The position numbers and the translations under genes are program-made. Under the pieces are notes generated by a model that worked only from the letters and a program-made list of their open reading frames with translations, was not told the origin of the DNA and did not search any database. A DNA stretch of 64,000 bases from an uncultured Ectothiorhodospiraceae bacterium (GTDB lineage: Bacteria; Pseudomonadota; Gammaproteobacteria; UBA9214). Shown one piece after another: positions 22,358 through 35,742 of the stretch (position 1 is its first letter; each line of letters begins with the position of its first letter). Where the stretch lies: NCBI GenBank assembly GCA_964443845.1, contig CAYUFA010000007.1, forward strand, positions 742 to 64,741, read 5' to 3'.

Positions 22358-25300
22358 ATGAGCGCCAGCTTTGTCCACCTCCACGTGCACACCGAATATT
22401 CCCTGGTCAATGGCACGGTGCGGATCAAGCCGCTGGTGCAGCAGGTGGCGGCCGCGGGCATGCCGGCGGTGGCGGTGACCGATCAGTGCAACCTGTTCGC
22501 CATGGTGAAGTTCTACCGGGCGGCGCTCGACCGGGGTATCAAGCCGATCATCGGCGTGGACGCCTGGATCGCGGAACCCGGTGAAAATGCGGCACCGACC
22601 CGGCTGGTACTGCTGTGCAAGTCACGCAACGGTTACCGCAACCTCACCCGCCTGGTGTCACGCTCCTATACCGAGGGGCAGCAGCGCGGCATGCCCGTGC
22701 TCGAGCCTGCCTGGCTGGAGGGCAACACGGCAGGGCTGATCGCCCTGTCGGGGGGCATGGCCGGGAACATCGGCAGGGCGCTGCTGGCCGACCGGCCGGA
22801 GCTGGCCGCGCAACAGCTGGATCACTGGCAGCGGCTGTTTCCCGGCAGCTTTTATCTCGAACTGCAGCGCACCGGGCGCAGCGGTGAGCAGGAGTACCTG
22901 GTCAGGGCGGTCGCGCTGGCCGCCCGCGCCGATGTGCCGGTGGTCGCCACCAACGACGTGCACTTCCTGAAGGCGTCCGACTTCCTGGCGCACGAGGCGC
23001 GCGTGTGTATCAACGAAGGCCGGACCCTGGATGATCCACGCCGCGCGCGGGGGTTTTCCGACCAGCAGTACCTGCGCAGCGCCGAAGAGATGCAGCAGCT
23101 GTTCAGTGACCTGCCGGAAGCACTGGAGAACACGGTCGAGATCGCGCGCCGCTGCAACCTGGAACTGGAACTGGGCAGGAATTTCCTGCCGGATTTCCCG
23201 ATTCCGGAAGGTACCGGCATGGACGATTATTTCCTGGCCCAGGCGCAGGCCGGGCTGGAACGGCGCATGCCGCAGATCCTGAGCTGGCAGACGGGCGAGG
23301 AGGCCGGGATCCGGCAGCGCTACCGTGCGCGTCTGGACCTGGAAATCGACGTCATCCTGAAAATGGGTTTCCCGGGGTACTTCCTGATCGTGGCGGATTT
23401 CATCCGCTGGGCCAAGGCCAGCGCCATACCGGTCGGACCGGGGCGCGGTTCCGGCGCGGGGTCGCTGGTGGCCTACGCACTCACCATTACCGACCTCGAC
23501 CCGATCCGCTACGACCTGCTGTTCGAGCGCTTTCTCAACCCGGAACGCGTATCCATGCCGGATTTCGACGTGGACTTCTGCATGGAGGGCCGCGACCGCG
23601 TGATCGAGTATGTTGCCGAACGCTACGGCCGCGACAAGGTCTCGCAGATCATCACCTATGGCTCGATGGCCGCCAAGGCGGTGGTCCGGGACGTGGGACG
23701 CGTGCTCGGACACCCCTACGGGTTCACGGACCGCATCGCCAAGCTGATCCCCTTCGAGATCGGCATCACCCTGGACAAGGCGCTGGAACAGGAGCCGCAG
23801 CTGGCCGAACTGTATGACGCGGACGAGGAGGTGCAGGGTGTCATCGAGCTGGCCCGTTCCCTCGAAGGGCTGGCGCGCAACGCGGGCAAACACGCCGGTG
23901 GTGTGGTCATCGCCCCGTCGCAGCTGACGGATTTCACGCCGCTGTACTGCGAACAGGGCAGCGAGGGCATCGTCAGCCAGTTCGACAAGGACGACGTCGA
24001 GGCGGTCGGCCTGGTGAAGTTCGACTTTCTCGGCCTGCGCACGCTGACCATCATCGACTGGGCGTTGCAGACGATCAATGCACGGCGCGGGCAGGACGGG
24101 CAGCCGCCGGTGGATATGGCCAGCCTGCCGCTGGACGATGCGGCCGCCTTCACGCTGCTCAAGGCCTCCGCGACCACCGCGGTATTCCAGCTCGAATCCT
24201 CCGGCATGAAGGACCTGATCCGGCGCCTGCAGCCGGATACCTTCGAGGACATCGTCGCGCTGGTGGCGCTGTTCCGGCCGGGTCCGCTGCAATCGGGCAT
24301 GGTGGATGACTTCATCGCGCGCAAGAAGGGCGAGGCGGCCATCAAGTATCCGCACCCGGAGCTGGAACCGATCCTGCGGCCCACCTACGGCATCATCCTG
24401 TACCAGGAACAGGTCATGCAGATTGCCCAGGTGCTGGCCGGCTACACGCTGGGCGGCGCCGACATGCTGCGCCGGGCCATGGGCAAGAAGAAGCCCGAGG
24501 AGATGGCCAAGCAACGCGCGGTGTTCGTCGACGGTGCGCGGGCGCGCGGTGTGGAGGACAGTACCGCAACGCACATCTTCGACCTGATGGAGAAATTCGC
24601 CGGTTACGGATTCAACAAGAGTCACTCGGCCGCCTACGCCGTGCTGTCCTACCAGACCGCGTGGCTCAAGGCACACCATCCCGCCGCCTTCATGGCCGCC
24701 GTATTGTCGGCGGACATGGACAACACCGACAAGGTGGTGCACCTGATCGCGGAGTGCCGCGACATGAAACTGCGGGTGGTGCCGCCGGACGTGAACCGCT
24801 CCGACTACCGGTTTACCGTGCAGGCGACGGATACCATCGTGTACGGGCTCGGTGCGATCAAGGGGGTCGGGCAGTCCGCGATCGAGGCGCTGCTCGCGGA
24901 GCGTGCCGCCGGCGGGGCATTTGCCGACCTGTTCGATTTCTGCCAGCGCGTCGATTTGCGCCGGCTCAACCGCCGCGTCATCGATGCCCTGGTGCGTGCG
25001 GGCGCGCTGGATTCCATGGGTGAAACCCGTGCCTCGCACCAGGCCAACGTGGCCGCTGCCCTGAAGCTGGCCGAGCAACGCAGCCGGGATATCGATACCG
25101 GGCAGTCCGACCTGTTCGGCGCGAGCGCGGCGGAGGCAGCGCCCCTGCCACAACGGCAGGTGTTGCCGGAATGGGAGGAGGAGGTGCGCCTGCAGGGCGA
25201 GATGGACGCGCTGGGGCTGTACCTCACCGGTCACCCGATCACGCGCTACATCCGGGAGCTCGACCATATCACCAGTGGCAGGCTGGCCGAACTGGAGAGC

Positions 25301-25867
25301 ATCGCCGCCAGCCTGCCGGCCGTCAGCAACCGTCCCGGGCGTTTCGGGAGCGGCGAGCGCGCCGTCACCATCGCCGGGCTGGTCATGAATATGCGCGTTC
25401 GCAAGACCCAGCGCGGCGGCAGGATCGCCTTCCTGACGCTGGACGACAACAGCGCGCGCATCGAGGTGCGGGTATTCCCGGAGGTATACGAGCGTCATCA
25501 GGCTTTGCTGGCCAAGGACCGGGTGCTCGTGATCCAGGGCGGCTACGGACTCGACGATTTCAGTGGTGGTTACCAGGTGACTGCACAGGCGGTCCAGGAT
25601 ATCAACCAGGCGCGCGAGCAGTACGCCCGGCGACTCGTGGTGGGGCTGGAGTCGGCGCAGGCCGGCAACGGATTCGTCGGGCACCTGGCGGACATCCTGC
25701 AACCGTTCCGTCAGGGCCATTGCCGGGTGTGCATCGATTACGCCGGCGGGGAGGCCAGTGCCCGTGTCGCGCTGGGTGAGGAATGGTCCGTGCATCCAAC
25801 CGACGAACTGTTGCACCGCCTGCGCGATCTGGCCGGCAAGGACCGGGTGCAGGTGGAATACGCCTGA
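22358..25867 (+). CDS. dnaE: DNA polymerase III alpha subunit
   Basis: Starts MSASFVHLHVHTEYSLVNG (PHP domain), then the Pol IIIa core, OB fold and tau-binding region. 1169 aa. The ORF-track start 22298 is an upstream extension. Confidence 0.95.
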   Translation: MSASFVHLHVHTEYSLVNGTVRIKPLVQQVAAAGMPAVAVTDQCNLFAMVKFYRAALDRGIKPIIGVDAWIAEPGENAAPTRLVLLCKSRNGYRNLTRLVSRSYTEGQQRGMPVLEPAWLEGNTAGLIALSGGMAGNIGRALLADRPELAAQQLDHWQRLFPGSFYLELQRTGRSGEQEYLVRAVALAARADVPVVATNDVHFLKASDFLAHEARVCINEGRTLDDPRRARGFSDQQYLRSAEEMQQLFSDLPEALENTVEIARRCNLELELGRNFLPDFPIPEGTGMDDYFLAQAQAGLERRMPQILSWQTGEEAGIRQRYRARLDLEIDVILKMGFPGYFLIVADFIRWAKASAIPVGPGRGSGAGSLVAYALTITDLDPIRYDLLFERFLNPERVSMPDFDVDFCMEGRDRVIEYVAERYGRDKVSQIITYGSMAAKAVVRDVGRVLGHPYGFTDRIAKLIPFEIGITLDKALEQEPQLAELYDADEEVQGVIELARSLEGLARNAGKHAGGVVIAPSQLTDFTPLYCEQGSEGIVSQFDKDDVEAVGLVKFDFLGLRTLTIIDWALQTINARRGQDGQPPVDMASLPLDDAAAFTLLKASATTAVFQLESSGMKDLIRRLQPDTFEDIVALVALFRPGPLQSGMVDDFIARKKGEAAIKYPHPELEPILRPTYGIILYQEQVMQIAQVLAGYTLGGADMLRRAMGKKKPEEMAKQRAVFVDGARARGVEDSTATHIFDLMEKFAGYGFNKSHSAAYAVLSYQTAWLKAHHPAAFMAAVLSADMDNTDKVVHLIAECRDMKLRVVPPDVNRSDYRFTVQATDTIVYGLGAIKGVGQSAIEALLAERAAGGAFADLFDFCQRVDLRRLNRRVIDALVRAGALDSMGETRASHQANVAAALKLAEQRSRDIDTGQSDLFGASAAEAAPLPQRQVLPEWEEEVRLQGEMDALGLYLTGHPITRYIRELDHITSGRLAELESIAASLPAVSNRPGRFGSGERAVTIAGLVMNMRVRKTQRGGRIAFLTLDDNSARIEVRVFPEVYERHQALLAKDRVLVIQGGYGLDDFSGGYQVTAQAVQDINQAREQYARRLVVGLESAQAGNGFVGHLADILQPFRQGHCRVCIDYAGGEASARVALGEEWSVHPTDELLHRLRDLAGKDRVQVEYA

Positions 25868-26061
25868 CGGCCGGCAGTCGGGGTTGACGCCCGTTGTTCT
25901 GCCGGGGGGCAACCCGGTCGGTGCCCTGTTCCGTGAGGCCCGGCACTCGCGGAGCAGGGTACTGCCTGTTGCAGCCTGCACCGGGCCAGGGCGGCCGCAA
26001 TTTACCGGTCGGCGCGGAACCGGTACCATTACCGGCACAGCACCCAGGTCCCGGAACCTTC

Positions 26062-27021
26062 ATGAATCTCAATTTCCTGGAATTCGAACAGCCGATCGCC
26101 GAACTCGAGGCGAAAATCGACGAGTTGCACTACGTCAGCGGGGAGTCCGAAATCAACATCAGCGAGGAGGTCGACAAGCTCAAGGCGAAGAGCCGCGCGC
26201 TGACCGAGTCCATCTTCGCGAATCTCACGCCCTGGCAGATTTCCCAGCTGGCCAGGCACCCGCAACGTCCGTATTGCATGGATTACATTATCCGGCTGTT
26301 CACCGGCTTCGAGGAACTGCACGGGGACCGTCATTTCGGTAATGATCACGCCATCGTGGGCGGTGTGGCACGGCTGGACGGTACGCCGGTCATGGTCATC
26401 GGCCAGCAGAAGGGGCGTGACACCCGGGAAAAGCTGCTGCGCAACTTCGGCATGCCACGACCCGAAGGCTATCGCAAGGCACTGCGCCTGATGCAGATGG
26501 CCGAACGTTTCGGGTTGCCGGTGCTGACCTTCATCGATACGCCCGGTGCCTATCCCGGCATCGGCGCCGAGGAGCGGGGCCAGAGCGAGGCGATCGCGCG
26601 CAACCTGCTGGTGATGGCGCGCTTGCGTACCCCTGTCATCTGTACCGTGATCGGGGAGGGTGGATCCGGAGGTGCACTCGCGATCGGCGTCGGCGACCAG
26701 ACCCTGATGCTGCAGTACAGCACCTATTCGGTGATCTCTCCGGAAGGTTGCGCCTCGATCCTGTGGAAGAGCGCGGACAAGGCAGCGGACGCCGCCGAGG
26801 CCCTCGGCATCACCTCGGCACGCCTGAGCGAACTGGGGCTGGTCGACCGGGTGATCGCAGAGCCGCTGGGTGGCGCCCATCGCGACGTGGATACGGCCGC
26901 CGAAAACATCCGCAAGGTGCTGAAGGAATGCCTGCGCAAGCTCAGCGGCAAGTCCCTCGACAAGCTTGTCGAACAACGCTACAAGCGCCTGATGGCGTAT
27001 GGTCAGTTCACCGAACGCTAG
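26062..27021 (+). CDS. accA: acetyl-CoA carboxylase carboxyltransferase alpha subunit
   Basis: Starts at ATG 26062 ([22 protein letters not shown]...). The 319-aa product has the conserved crotonase-fold carboxyltransferase active-site region. Confidence 0.95.
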   Translation: MNLNFLEFEQPIAELEAKIDELHYVSGESEINISEEVDKLKAKSRALTESIFANLTPWQISQLARHPQRPYCMDYIIRLFTGFEELHGDRHFGNDHAIVGGVARLDGTPVMVIGQQKGRDTREKLLRNFGMPRPEGYRKALRLMQMAERFGLPVLTFIDTPGAYPGIGAEERGQSEAIARNLLVMARLRTPVICTVIGEGGSGGALAIGVGDQTLMLQYSTYSVISPEGCASILWKSADKAADAAEALGITSARLSELGLVDRVIAEPLGGAHRDVDTAAENIRKVLKECLRKLSGKSLDKLVEQRYKRLMAYGQFTER

Positions 27022-27051
27022 GAGCCAGTCCGGTTGCTGTACCGGACGCCG

Positions 27052-28420
27052 CATGTTTGCACCGGAAATCCTGCTCCGTCACCTGCTGGTCTGGCCGCGG
27101 CCTGCCGGTTACGTGGTGGCCTACAGTGGCGGGATGGATTCCCATGTCCTGCTCGACGCGCTGGTCCGCCTGCGCGCACGCCTTGGCGTGCCGGTCCTGG
27201 CGGTGCACGTCAATCACGGTTTGCAACCCGCGGCGGGGGCATGGCAGGCACATTGCGCTGCCGTGTGCCATGCCCTGTGCGTACCGCTGACGCAGCTGAG
27301 CGTCGACGCAGGCGCGCAGCGGGGCGAGAGTCCGGAGGCGGCGGCGCGTACCGCCCGTTACCGCGCGCTGCGTGCCTGGATGCCGGCCGGGTATGGCCTG
27401 CTCACGGCACAGCATCGCGATGACCAGGCCGAGACCGTGCTGTTGCAACTGCTGCGCGGCAGCGGCGTGCATGGCCTGGCCGCCATGCCGGAATACAGTG
27501 CCTTCGGCCCGGGACACCTGTTACGGCCGTTGCTGGCCTGTACCCGCGGCGAGCTGCGCCGCTACGCACGGCAGCAGGGACTGCGCTGGGTCGAGGATCC
27601 CAGTAACCGGGATACGGCGTTGACTCGGAACTTTCTGCGCCAGCGCATTTTCCCCTCCTTGCAGGAGCGCTGGCCGCAGGTCAGCACCAGTCTGGCACGC
27701 AGCGCCACGAACCAGGCCGAAGCGGCGCAGTTGCTGGATGAAGTGGCCGCCGGGGACCTTGCGGGGCTGGACGGGGGCGACGGGTCGTTGCGGGTGCCCG
27801 TGCTGGCGCAGCTGACGCCGGCACGCCGGCGCAATGCCCTGCGGGGCTGGCTGCGCGCTGCCACCGGTGCTGCCCCCTCGCGTGCGGTGCTGGACCGGGT
27901 CGTCCGGGACCTGACAGAAAGCCGGATGGACGCGGAACCGTGCGTGCGCTGGGGCGACTTCGAACTGCGCCGCTACCGCACTCGGCTGTACCTGTTGCGC
28001 CGGGCACCGGCCGCCGGGCCGCGGCCGTCCGTGTGCTGGTCCATGACGGGGCCGCTGGTGCTGCCGGCCGGCCTGGGCACGCTGCGGGTCCGTGCCGTAG
28101 CGGGGCAGGGTATCCGTACCAGCCTGGTGCCGGCGCGCGGTGTGCAGGTGTGCTGGCGCCGGGGCGGGGAGCTGTGCCGGCCGGCCGGGCGTGGTCATCA
28201 CCATGCACTGCGCAAGCTGTTCCAGGAACAGGGTGTGCCGCCCTGGGAACGCGAGCGTATTCCCTTGATCTTTATCGACGGTCAGCTGGCCGCGGTGACC
28301 GGGCTGTGGACCTGTGAACCCTGCCAGGCGCGTGCCGGCGAGCCGGGGCTGCAGGTACACTGGGAGAAACCGGCACTGCAGGTGCCGGCGGTGCAGGCCG
28401 GACCTGCCGGCGGCAATTGA
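27052..28420 (+). CDS. tilS: tRNA(Ile)-lysidine synthetase
   Basis: N-terminal PP-loop ATP-binding motif SGGMDS, followed by the TilS C-terminal domain. Confidence 0.85.
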
Positions 28421-28491
28421 GGTGTCTGCGCCATTCTGGTAACTTGTTCTCCCGTCCTGCGGCTGGCGGGTCGCACACGGTTTCCAGGTAA

Positions 28492-30156
<1,665 letters not shown>

Positions 30157-30186
30157 GCCCGGGCTCGCCGGCACACGGATGCCTGC

Positions 30187-31026
30187 ATGAAACTCTGTCA
30201 CTTCGAGGCCGGCCTGGATCAGCCGTTGTTCCTGATCGCCGGCCCCTGCGTCATCGAGAGCGAGGCGCTGGCCATCGACACGGCCGGGCAACTGAAGGAG
30301 ATGACCGATGCGCTCGGGATTCCGTTTATCTACAAGTCTTCCTTCGACAAGGCGAACCGTTCCTCGCACATGAGCTTTCGCGGCCCGGGCCTGGAGGAGG
30401 GCCTGCGCATCCTCGCGGCTGTGCAGGACCAGATCGGGGTGCCGGTCCTGACCGATGTACACGAAGACACGCCGCTGGCGGAAGTCGCCGCCGTGGTGGA
30501 CGTGCTGCAGACGCCGGCCTTCCTGTGCCGGCAGACCAACTTCATCCAGAACGTCGCGCGCCAGGGCAAACCGGTCAATATCAAGAAGGGCCAGTTCCTG
30601 TCGCCGTGGGACATGAAGAACGTGGCCGACAAGGCACTGGCAACCGGTAACGCACAGATCATGGTCTGCGAGCGCGGTGCGTCGTTCGGCTACAACAACC
30701 TGGTATCCGACATGCGCGCGCTCGCCGTCATGCGCAACTGCGGGGTGCCGGTGGTATTCGATGCCACGCACTCGGTGCAGTTGCCGGGCGGCCAGGGCGA
30801 CCGCTCCGGCGGCCAGCGCGAGTTCGTGCCGGTGCTGGCGCGGGCCGCCGTCGCGGCCGGGATCTCGGGACTGTTCATGGAGACCCACCCCGATCCCGCC
30901 CGGGCGCTGAGCGACGGCCCGAATGCCTGGCCGCTCGGGGACCTGCGCGACCTGCTGGTGATCCTGCAGGCCATCGACGCGACCGTAAAGTCCACCGAGC
31001 TGGCGGAGAACCGGTTTCTGCAATGA
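30187..31026 (+). CDS. kdsA: 3-deoxy-8-phosphooctulonate synthase
   Basis: 279-aa TIM-barrel KDO8P synthase with the conserved N-terminal block ([11 protein letters not shown]) and the metal/substrate-binding motifs; kdsA follows pyrG as in Pseudomonas. Confidence 0.95.
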   Translation: MKLCHFEAGLDQPLFLIAGPCVIESEALAIDTAGQLKEMTDALGIPFIYKSSFDKANRSSHMSFRGPGLEEGLRILAAVQDQIGVPVLTDVHEDTPLAEVAAVVDVLQTPAFLCRQTNFIQNVARQGKPVNIKKGQFLSPWDMKNVADKALATGNAQIMVCERGASFGYNNLVSDMRALAVMRNCGVPVVFDATHSVQLPGGQGDRSGGQREFVPVLARAAVAAGISGLFMETHPDPARALSDGPNAWPLGDLRDLLVILQAIDATVKSTELAENRFLQ

Positions 31027-31065
31027 TTAATGAAGTTTCCTGGAATATTACATAACTGGCTGTAA

Positions 31066-31485
<420 letters not shown>

Positions 31486-31528
31486 ACTTCCCTGCCAGCA
31501 GGCGAGGTGCCCGAACCCGGCGTATGCA

Positions 31529-31798
31529 ATGAACAGGCTAGTCATCGTGTTGCTCCTGCTGCTGGTCTACCTGCAGTACCGTCTGTGGTTCGGTGACGGC
31601 AACCTGCCGGATGTGTGGCAGCTGCACCGTGAGGTGGAGGCGCAGCGCGCAGAAAATGTCCGCCTGCGGGAACGCAACGACGCGCTCAATGCCGAGGTGC
31701 TCGATCTGCAACAGGGTCATGATGCCATCGAGGAGCGCGCGCGCGAGGATCTGGGCATGATCCGCCACGGCGAAACCTTCTACCAGATCGTGGAATAG
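31529..31798 (+). CDS. ftsB: cell division protein FtsB
   Basis: 89-aa product with one TM segment plus a coiled coil (MNRLVIVLLLLLVYLQYRLWFGDGNL...). Sits at the conserved position before ispD. Confidence 0.85.
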   Translation: MNRLVIVLLLLLVYLQYRLWFGDGNLPDVWQLHREVEAQRAENVRLRERNDALNAEVLDLQQGHDAIEERAREDLGMIRHGETFYQIVE

Positions 31799-31854
31799 GG
31801 CGGCGACCGGCGCTGCGCGGTTTGCCACTGCCCTGAAAGCGAACCGCTGACAGC

Positions 31855-32589
31855 TTGATACCTATGACGAGCGCAACGACGCGAGACAGAACGAGGTACT
31901 GGGCGGTGGTGCCCGCTGCCGGCACGGGTGCCCGCATGGGGAGTGTCGTGCCCAAGCAGTACCTGCAACTGGGTGACCGGGTCGTGCTGGACCACTGCCT
32001 GGGCGCCCTGCTGGCCTGTCCGTGGCTCAGCGGCATCGTCGTGGCGGTGGCCGCCGACGACCCGTACTGGCCGGCGACGCACGTGCGCTATCGCGCACGC
32101 GGCGTGCACGCCGTGACCGGCGGGGAAGAGCGCTGTCACTCGGTGCTGCGTGCCCTCGATCACCTCGCCGGCATGGCGGATGACCGTGACCGGGTGCTGG
32201 TACACGACGCGGCCCGGCCGTGTGTACGCGTGGCTGACATCGAGCGGCTGATCACGCAGGTCGGCGATGATGAGAACGGCGGGCTGCTGGCCATCCCGGT
32301 CACCGATACCCTCAAGCGCTCTGCCGCGGGCGACCGGGTCGGTGCCACGGTGGACCGCACCTGCCTGTGGCGGGCGCTGACCCCGCAACTGTTCCGGATC
32401 GACCTGTTGCGTGCCGCGCTCGAAGCCACGCTGTGCAGCGGCCTGGCGGTGACGGACGATGCGGCGGCCATGGAGCATGCCGGATATGCACCGCTGCTGG
32501 TGCACGGGGCGAGCGACAATATCAAGATCACCGTAGCGGACGACCTGGCCCTGGCGCAGTTCTACCTGCAGGCGCGGCGGGAGTCATGA
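31855..32589 (+). CDS. ispD: 2-C-methyl-D-erythritol 4-phosphate cytidylyltransferase
   Basis: IspD family GT-A like protein with the conserved N-terminal nucleotide-binding motif (AVVPAAGTGARMG) and catalytic region; start could also be ATG 31864. Confidence 0.9.
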   Translation: MIPMTSATTRDRTRYWAVVPAAGTGARMGSVVPKQYLQLGDRVVLDHCLGALLACPWLSGIVVAVAADDPYWPATHVRYRARGVHAVTGGEERCHSVLRALDHLAGMADDRDRVLVHDAARPCVRVADIERLITQVGDDENGGLLAIPVTDTLKRSAAGDRVGATVDRTCLWRALTPQLFRIDLLRAALEATLCSGLAVTDDAAAMEHAGYAPLLVHGASDNIKITVADDLALAQFYLQARRES

Positions 32590-33056
32590 GGATCGGCCAG
32601 GGCATCGACGTACATGCGTTCCGGGCGGGCGGCACCCTGGTGCTCGGCGGGGTGGCCATACCCTGCGACCGCAGCCTGGAAGCGCATTCCGACGGTGACG
32701 TGCTGTTGCATGCCCTGTGCGATGCCCTGCTGGGCGCGGCCGGGCTGGGGGACATCGGCCGGCACTTTCCGCCGGGCAACCCGGAGTGGCGTGCGATCGA
32801 CAGTCGTATCCTGCTGCGCCGGAGCCTGGCCATGGTCATGGACGGGGGGTACCGGGTGGTGAATGCCGACCTGACCGTGGTGGCACAGGAACCGCGGCTG
32901 GCCCCCTTCACCGGCGCAATGCGCGAGAACATCCGCACGGACCTCGGGATCGCCGCAGAGCGGGTCAACATCAAGGCGACCACCTCCGAGTATCTCGGCT
33001 TTACCGGGCGCGGCGAGGGTATCGCGGCCTTTGCCGTGGTCCTGCTGGAAGACTGA
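32586..33056 (+). CDS. ispF: 2-C-methyl-D-erythritol 2,4-cyclodiphosphate synthase
   Basis: ATGA overlap with ispD. Conserved zinc-binding motif (DVH) and substrate-binding block (HSDGDV) of the MECDP synthase trimer. 156 aa. Confidence 0.9.
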   Translation: MRIGQGIDVHAFRAGGTLVLGGVAIPCDRSLEAHSDGDVLLHALCDALLGAAGLGDIGRHFPPGNPEWRAIDSRILLRRSLAMVMDGGYRVVNADLTVVAQEPRLAPFTGAMRENIRTDLGIAAERVNIKATTSEYLGFTGRGEGIAAFAVVLLED

Positions 33057-33096
33057 GTGGTGCGCTCCGCCACCCACCCGGTTCCACCACTCCCGC

Positions 33097-34209
33097 GTGC
33101 CTGCCGTGCCGGCCACTGACCGGGCGCAGGCCGCGGCGCTGGCACCGGCCCGTGCCTGGGGCGGGCCTGCCGCCCGGGCCGTGCTGCGCCGCCAGCCGGA
33201 AGACTTCCAGGTCCGCGAACTGCCCCTGCTGGAACCGCAGGGCAGTGGCGAGCATGTCTGGTTGTGGATTACCAAGCGCGGGGAAAACACCACGCACGTG
33301 GCCGGGTTGCTGGCACAACATGCCGGTGTGCATCCGCGTGCCGTCAGCTATGCCGGTCTGAAGGACCGCCACGCAGTCACCACGCAGTGGTTCTCGGTAC
33401 ACCTGCCCGGGGGCGCCGAACCGGACTGGCGTGCGCTGAATTCGGATGCCGTCACGGTCCAGCGCCACGCGCGCCATGGCCGCAAGCTGCAGCGAGGGGC
33501 ATTGCGCGGCAACGCCTTCCGCATCACGCTGCACGAGGTGGACGGTGACCGCGCCGGCCTGGAATCCCTGCTCGAGCGGGTGCACGCCGGCGGTGTCCCG
33601 AATTACTTTGGCGAACAGCGTTTCGGGATCGCCGGCAGTAACCTGGATACCGCCCTGCAGCTGTTCCGGAACCCGCGCATGCGCCTGTCGCGCAACCGGC
33701 GCAGCCTGGCGCTGTCGGCGGCCCGTTCCCTGCTGTTCAACGCGGTGCTGGCGCAGCGCGTCCGGGACGGCAACTGGAACCGGGCCGTGCCGGGCGATGC
33801 CATGCAGCTTGATGGCAGCCACAGTTTTTTCCTGGCCGGCGCGGAGGATCCAGGGCTGGTTGCCCGGTTGCGGGCCATGGACATCCATCCGACCGGCCCG
33901 TTGCACGGCGCCGGTGACAGCCCGGTGCAGGAGGCCTGCCGGGAACTGGAAACCGCCGTGCTGGCCGATTTCGATGCGTTCCGCGCCGGGCTGGCCGGCG
34001 CCGGCCTGCGGCAGGAACGCCGTGCCCTGCGCGTACGGGTGCAGGACCTGTCGTGGCACTGGCCTGGAGCGGACGAGCTGGTGCTGGAATTCAGCCTCCC
34101 GGCGGGGAGCTATGCCACCGGCGTGTTGCGTGAGCTGGTGGAAACCGGGCCGGCAGTCCGGCCTCCGGCGTTCCCCTCCGTGCGCGGGACGGCGGGGTGC
34201 GGCGCCTGA
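33097..34209 (+). CDS. truD: tRNA pseudouridine(13) synthase TruD
   Basis: PEDFQVRE...GLKDRHAVT...NYFGEQRFG motifs match TruD. The start is uncertain: in-frame GTG at 33097 or 33106, and the ORF-track ATG 33031 would overlap ispF by 26 nt. Confidence 0.85.
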   Translation: MPAVPATDRAQAAALAPARAWGGPAARAVLRRQPEDFQVRELPLLEPQGSGEHVWLWITKRGENTTHVAGLLAQHAGVHPRAVSYAGLKDRHAVTTQWFSVHLPGGAEPDWRALNSDAVTVQRHARHGRKLQRGALRGNAFRITLHEVDGDRAGLESLLERVHAGGVPNYFGEQRFGIAGSNLDTALQLFRNPRMRLSRNRRSLALSAARSLLFNAVLAQRVRDGNWNRAVPGDAMQLDGSHSFFLAGAEDPGLVARLRAMDIHPTGPLHGAGDSPVQEACRELETAVLADFDAFRAGLAGAGLRQERRALRVRVQDLSWHWPGADELVLEFSLPAGSYATGVLRELVETGPAVRPPAFPSVRGTAGCGA

Positions 34210-34287
34210 ATCCGCCGGCCCGGGGTGGTGCCGGACGGTTCCGGTACCCGGCAGCCCCGGGCCGTTACGCGCGGCGTTCCCGGCCGT

Positions 34288-34836
34288 TCACTCCCGGTGC
34301 GTGCGCAGCAGCACGTACACGGCACCGGTGCCGCCGTCGCGCAACTGCGCGGAGTGGAAGGCAAGCACGGCAGGGTGCTGGCGCAGCCAGGTGTTGACGC
34401 GGTTTTTCAGTACCGGTACGTCGGCGGCACTGCCGTACCCCTTGCCATGTATGATGCATACGTGGCGTAACCGGCGGTCCTGGCACTGTGCCATGAACAC
34501 GGTCAGGGCCAGGCGCGCCTGTGCCGTGGTCATGCCGTGCAGGTCGAGTTCTGCCTGGTTGCGGAACCGGCCACGCCGCAGCTGCTGCAGCTGTCTTTGC
34601 TGCACGCCCGTGCGCGCGAACCGCAGGTGGTCAGCGCTCCCCGCGGAGGGTTCCCCGCCATGGTCGGAAAGCCGGTCGGGGACTTCCCGGTAAAGCGGTT
34701 GCTCGTGTCGATGCGGGCGCGCTGGCGGCGCCTTGTGCGGGGCCGTGACGCGGTCGTGGTGGATGCGCCGGACCGGACCGACACTGCGCCGGAATTCCTC
34801 GATCTCCTCGGGGCTGGGTTTTCCGGGTCTGTTCAT
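34288..34836 (-). CDS. Smr (MutS2-related small nuclease) domain protein
   Basis: C-terminal ELDLHGMTTAQARLALTVF...IIHGKGYGS matches the Smr domain. Antisense to its flanking genes. Confidence 0.6.
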   Translation of the reverse strand: MNRPGKPSPEEIEEFRRSVGPVRRIHHDRVTAPHKAPPARPHRHEQPLYREVPDRLSDHGGEPSAGSADHLRFARTGVQQRQLQQLRRGRFRNQAELDLHGMTTAQARLALTVFMAQCQDRRLRHVCIIHGKGYGSAADVPVLKNRVNTWLRQHPAVLAFHSAQLRDGGTGAVYVLLRTHRE

Positions 34837-34970
34837 GGTCGCGATACCGTGCGTGGGTCAGCACACCCTACCGGCATGATCCCCGGGGTGCAAGGGGACT
34901 ATGAGTGTCTTGCAACAACCTGAGACCGTATACTAGGCAGCCGGTTCCGGGTAGGTGGTCATGAGGCGCG

Positions 34971-35714
34971 ATGAATATCCTGGTCAGCAATGATGACGGT
35001 TGCCAGTCCCGCGGGATCCGGTTGCTGGCGGAGGCACTGGCGACGCTGGGCACGATCCACGTGGTGGCGCCCGAACGTGATCGCAGCGGTGCCAGCAATT
35101 CACTGACGCTGGATGTCCCGATCCGCGCGCGCCTCGGCAGCAACGGCTACACCTGCGTTGACGGTACCCCGACCGACTGTGTGCACCTGGCGATCACCGG
35201 CCTGCTCGAGCAGGAACCGGACATGGTGGTGGCCGGTATCAATGCCGGCGCCAACCTCGGTGACGACGTGCTCTATTCCGGCACCGTGGCGGCCGCGATG
35301 GAAGGCCGTTTTCTCGGTTCCCCGGCCATCGCGATCTCGCTGGCCGGCGACAGTCCGCAGCATTACGCCACCGCGGCTCGCGTGGCGGTCGAGCTGGTCC
35401 AGCGCGTGCAGTCCGGACGCCTGCCGGCGGACACCATTCTCAACGTCAACGTGCCGGACCTGCCCTGGGATCAACTGCAGGGCATGCAGGCCACCCGGCT
35501 CGGGCATCGCCACAAGTCCGAGCCGGTGGTGCGCATGCAGGATCCGCGCGGCCGGCAGATGTACTGGATCGGGCCGGCCGGCAGTGAACAGGATGCCGGG
35601 CCGGGCACCGATTTCCACGCGGTGCGTTCCGGCTATGTGTCGATTACCCCGCTGGATGTCGACCTGACCCGGTATGAGGCGATCGAGCAGATCGCCGGCT
35701 GGCTGGCGGACTGA
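34971..35714 (+). CDS. surE: 5'/3'-nucleotidase SurE
   Basis: Starts [10 protein letters not shown]... and has the [12 protein letters not shown] motif. 247 aa. Confidence 0.9.
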   Translation: MNILVSNDDGCQSRGIRLLAEALATLGTIHVVAPERDRSGASNSLTLDVPIRARLGSNGYTCVDGTPTDCVHLAITGLLEQEPDMVVAGINAGANLGDDVLYSGTVAAAMEGRFLGSPAIAISLAGDSPQHYATAARVAVELVQRVQSGRLPADTILNVNVPDLPWDQLQGMQATRLGHRHKSEPVVRMQDPRGRQMYWIGPAGSEQDAGPGTDFHAVRSGYVSITPLDVDLTRYEAIEQIAGWLAD

Positions 35715-35742
35715 GGCCGGCAGGGTGGACCGCGGGATCGGC

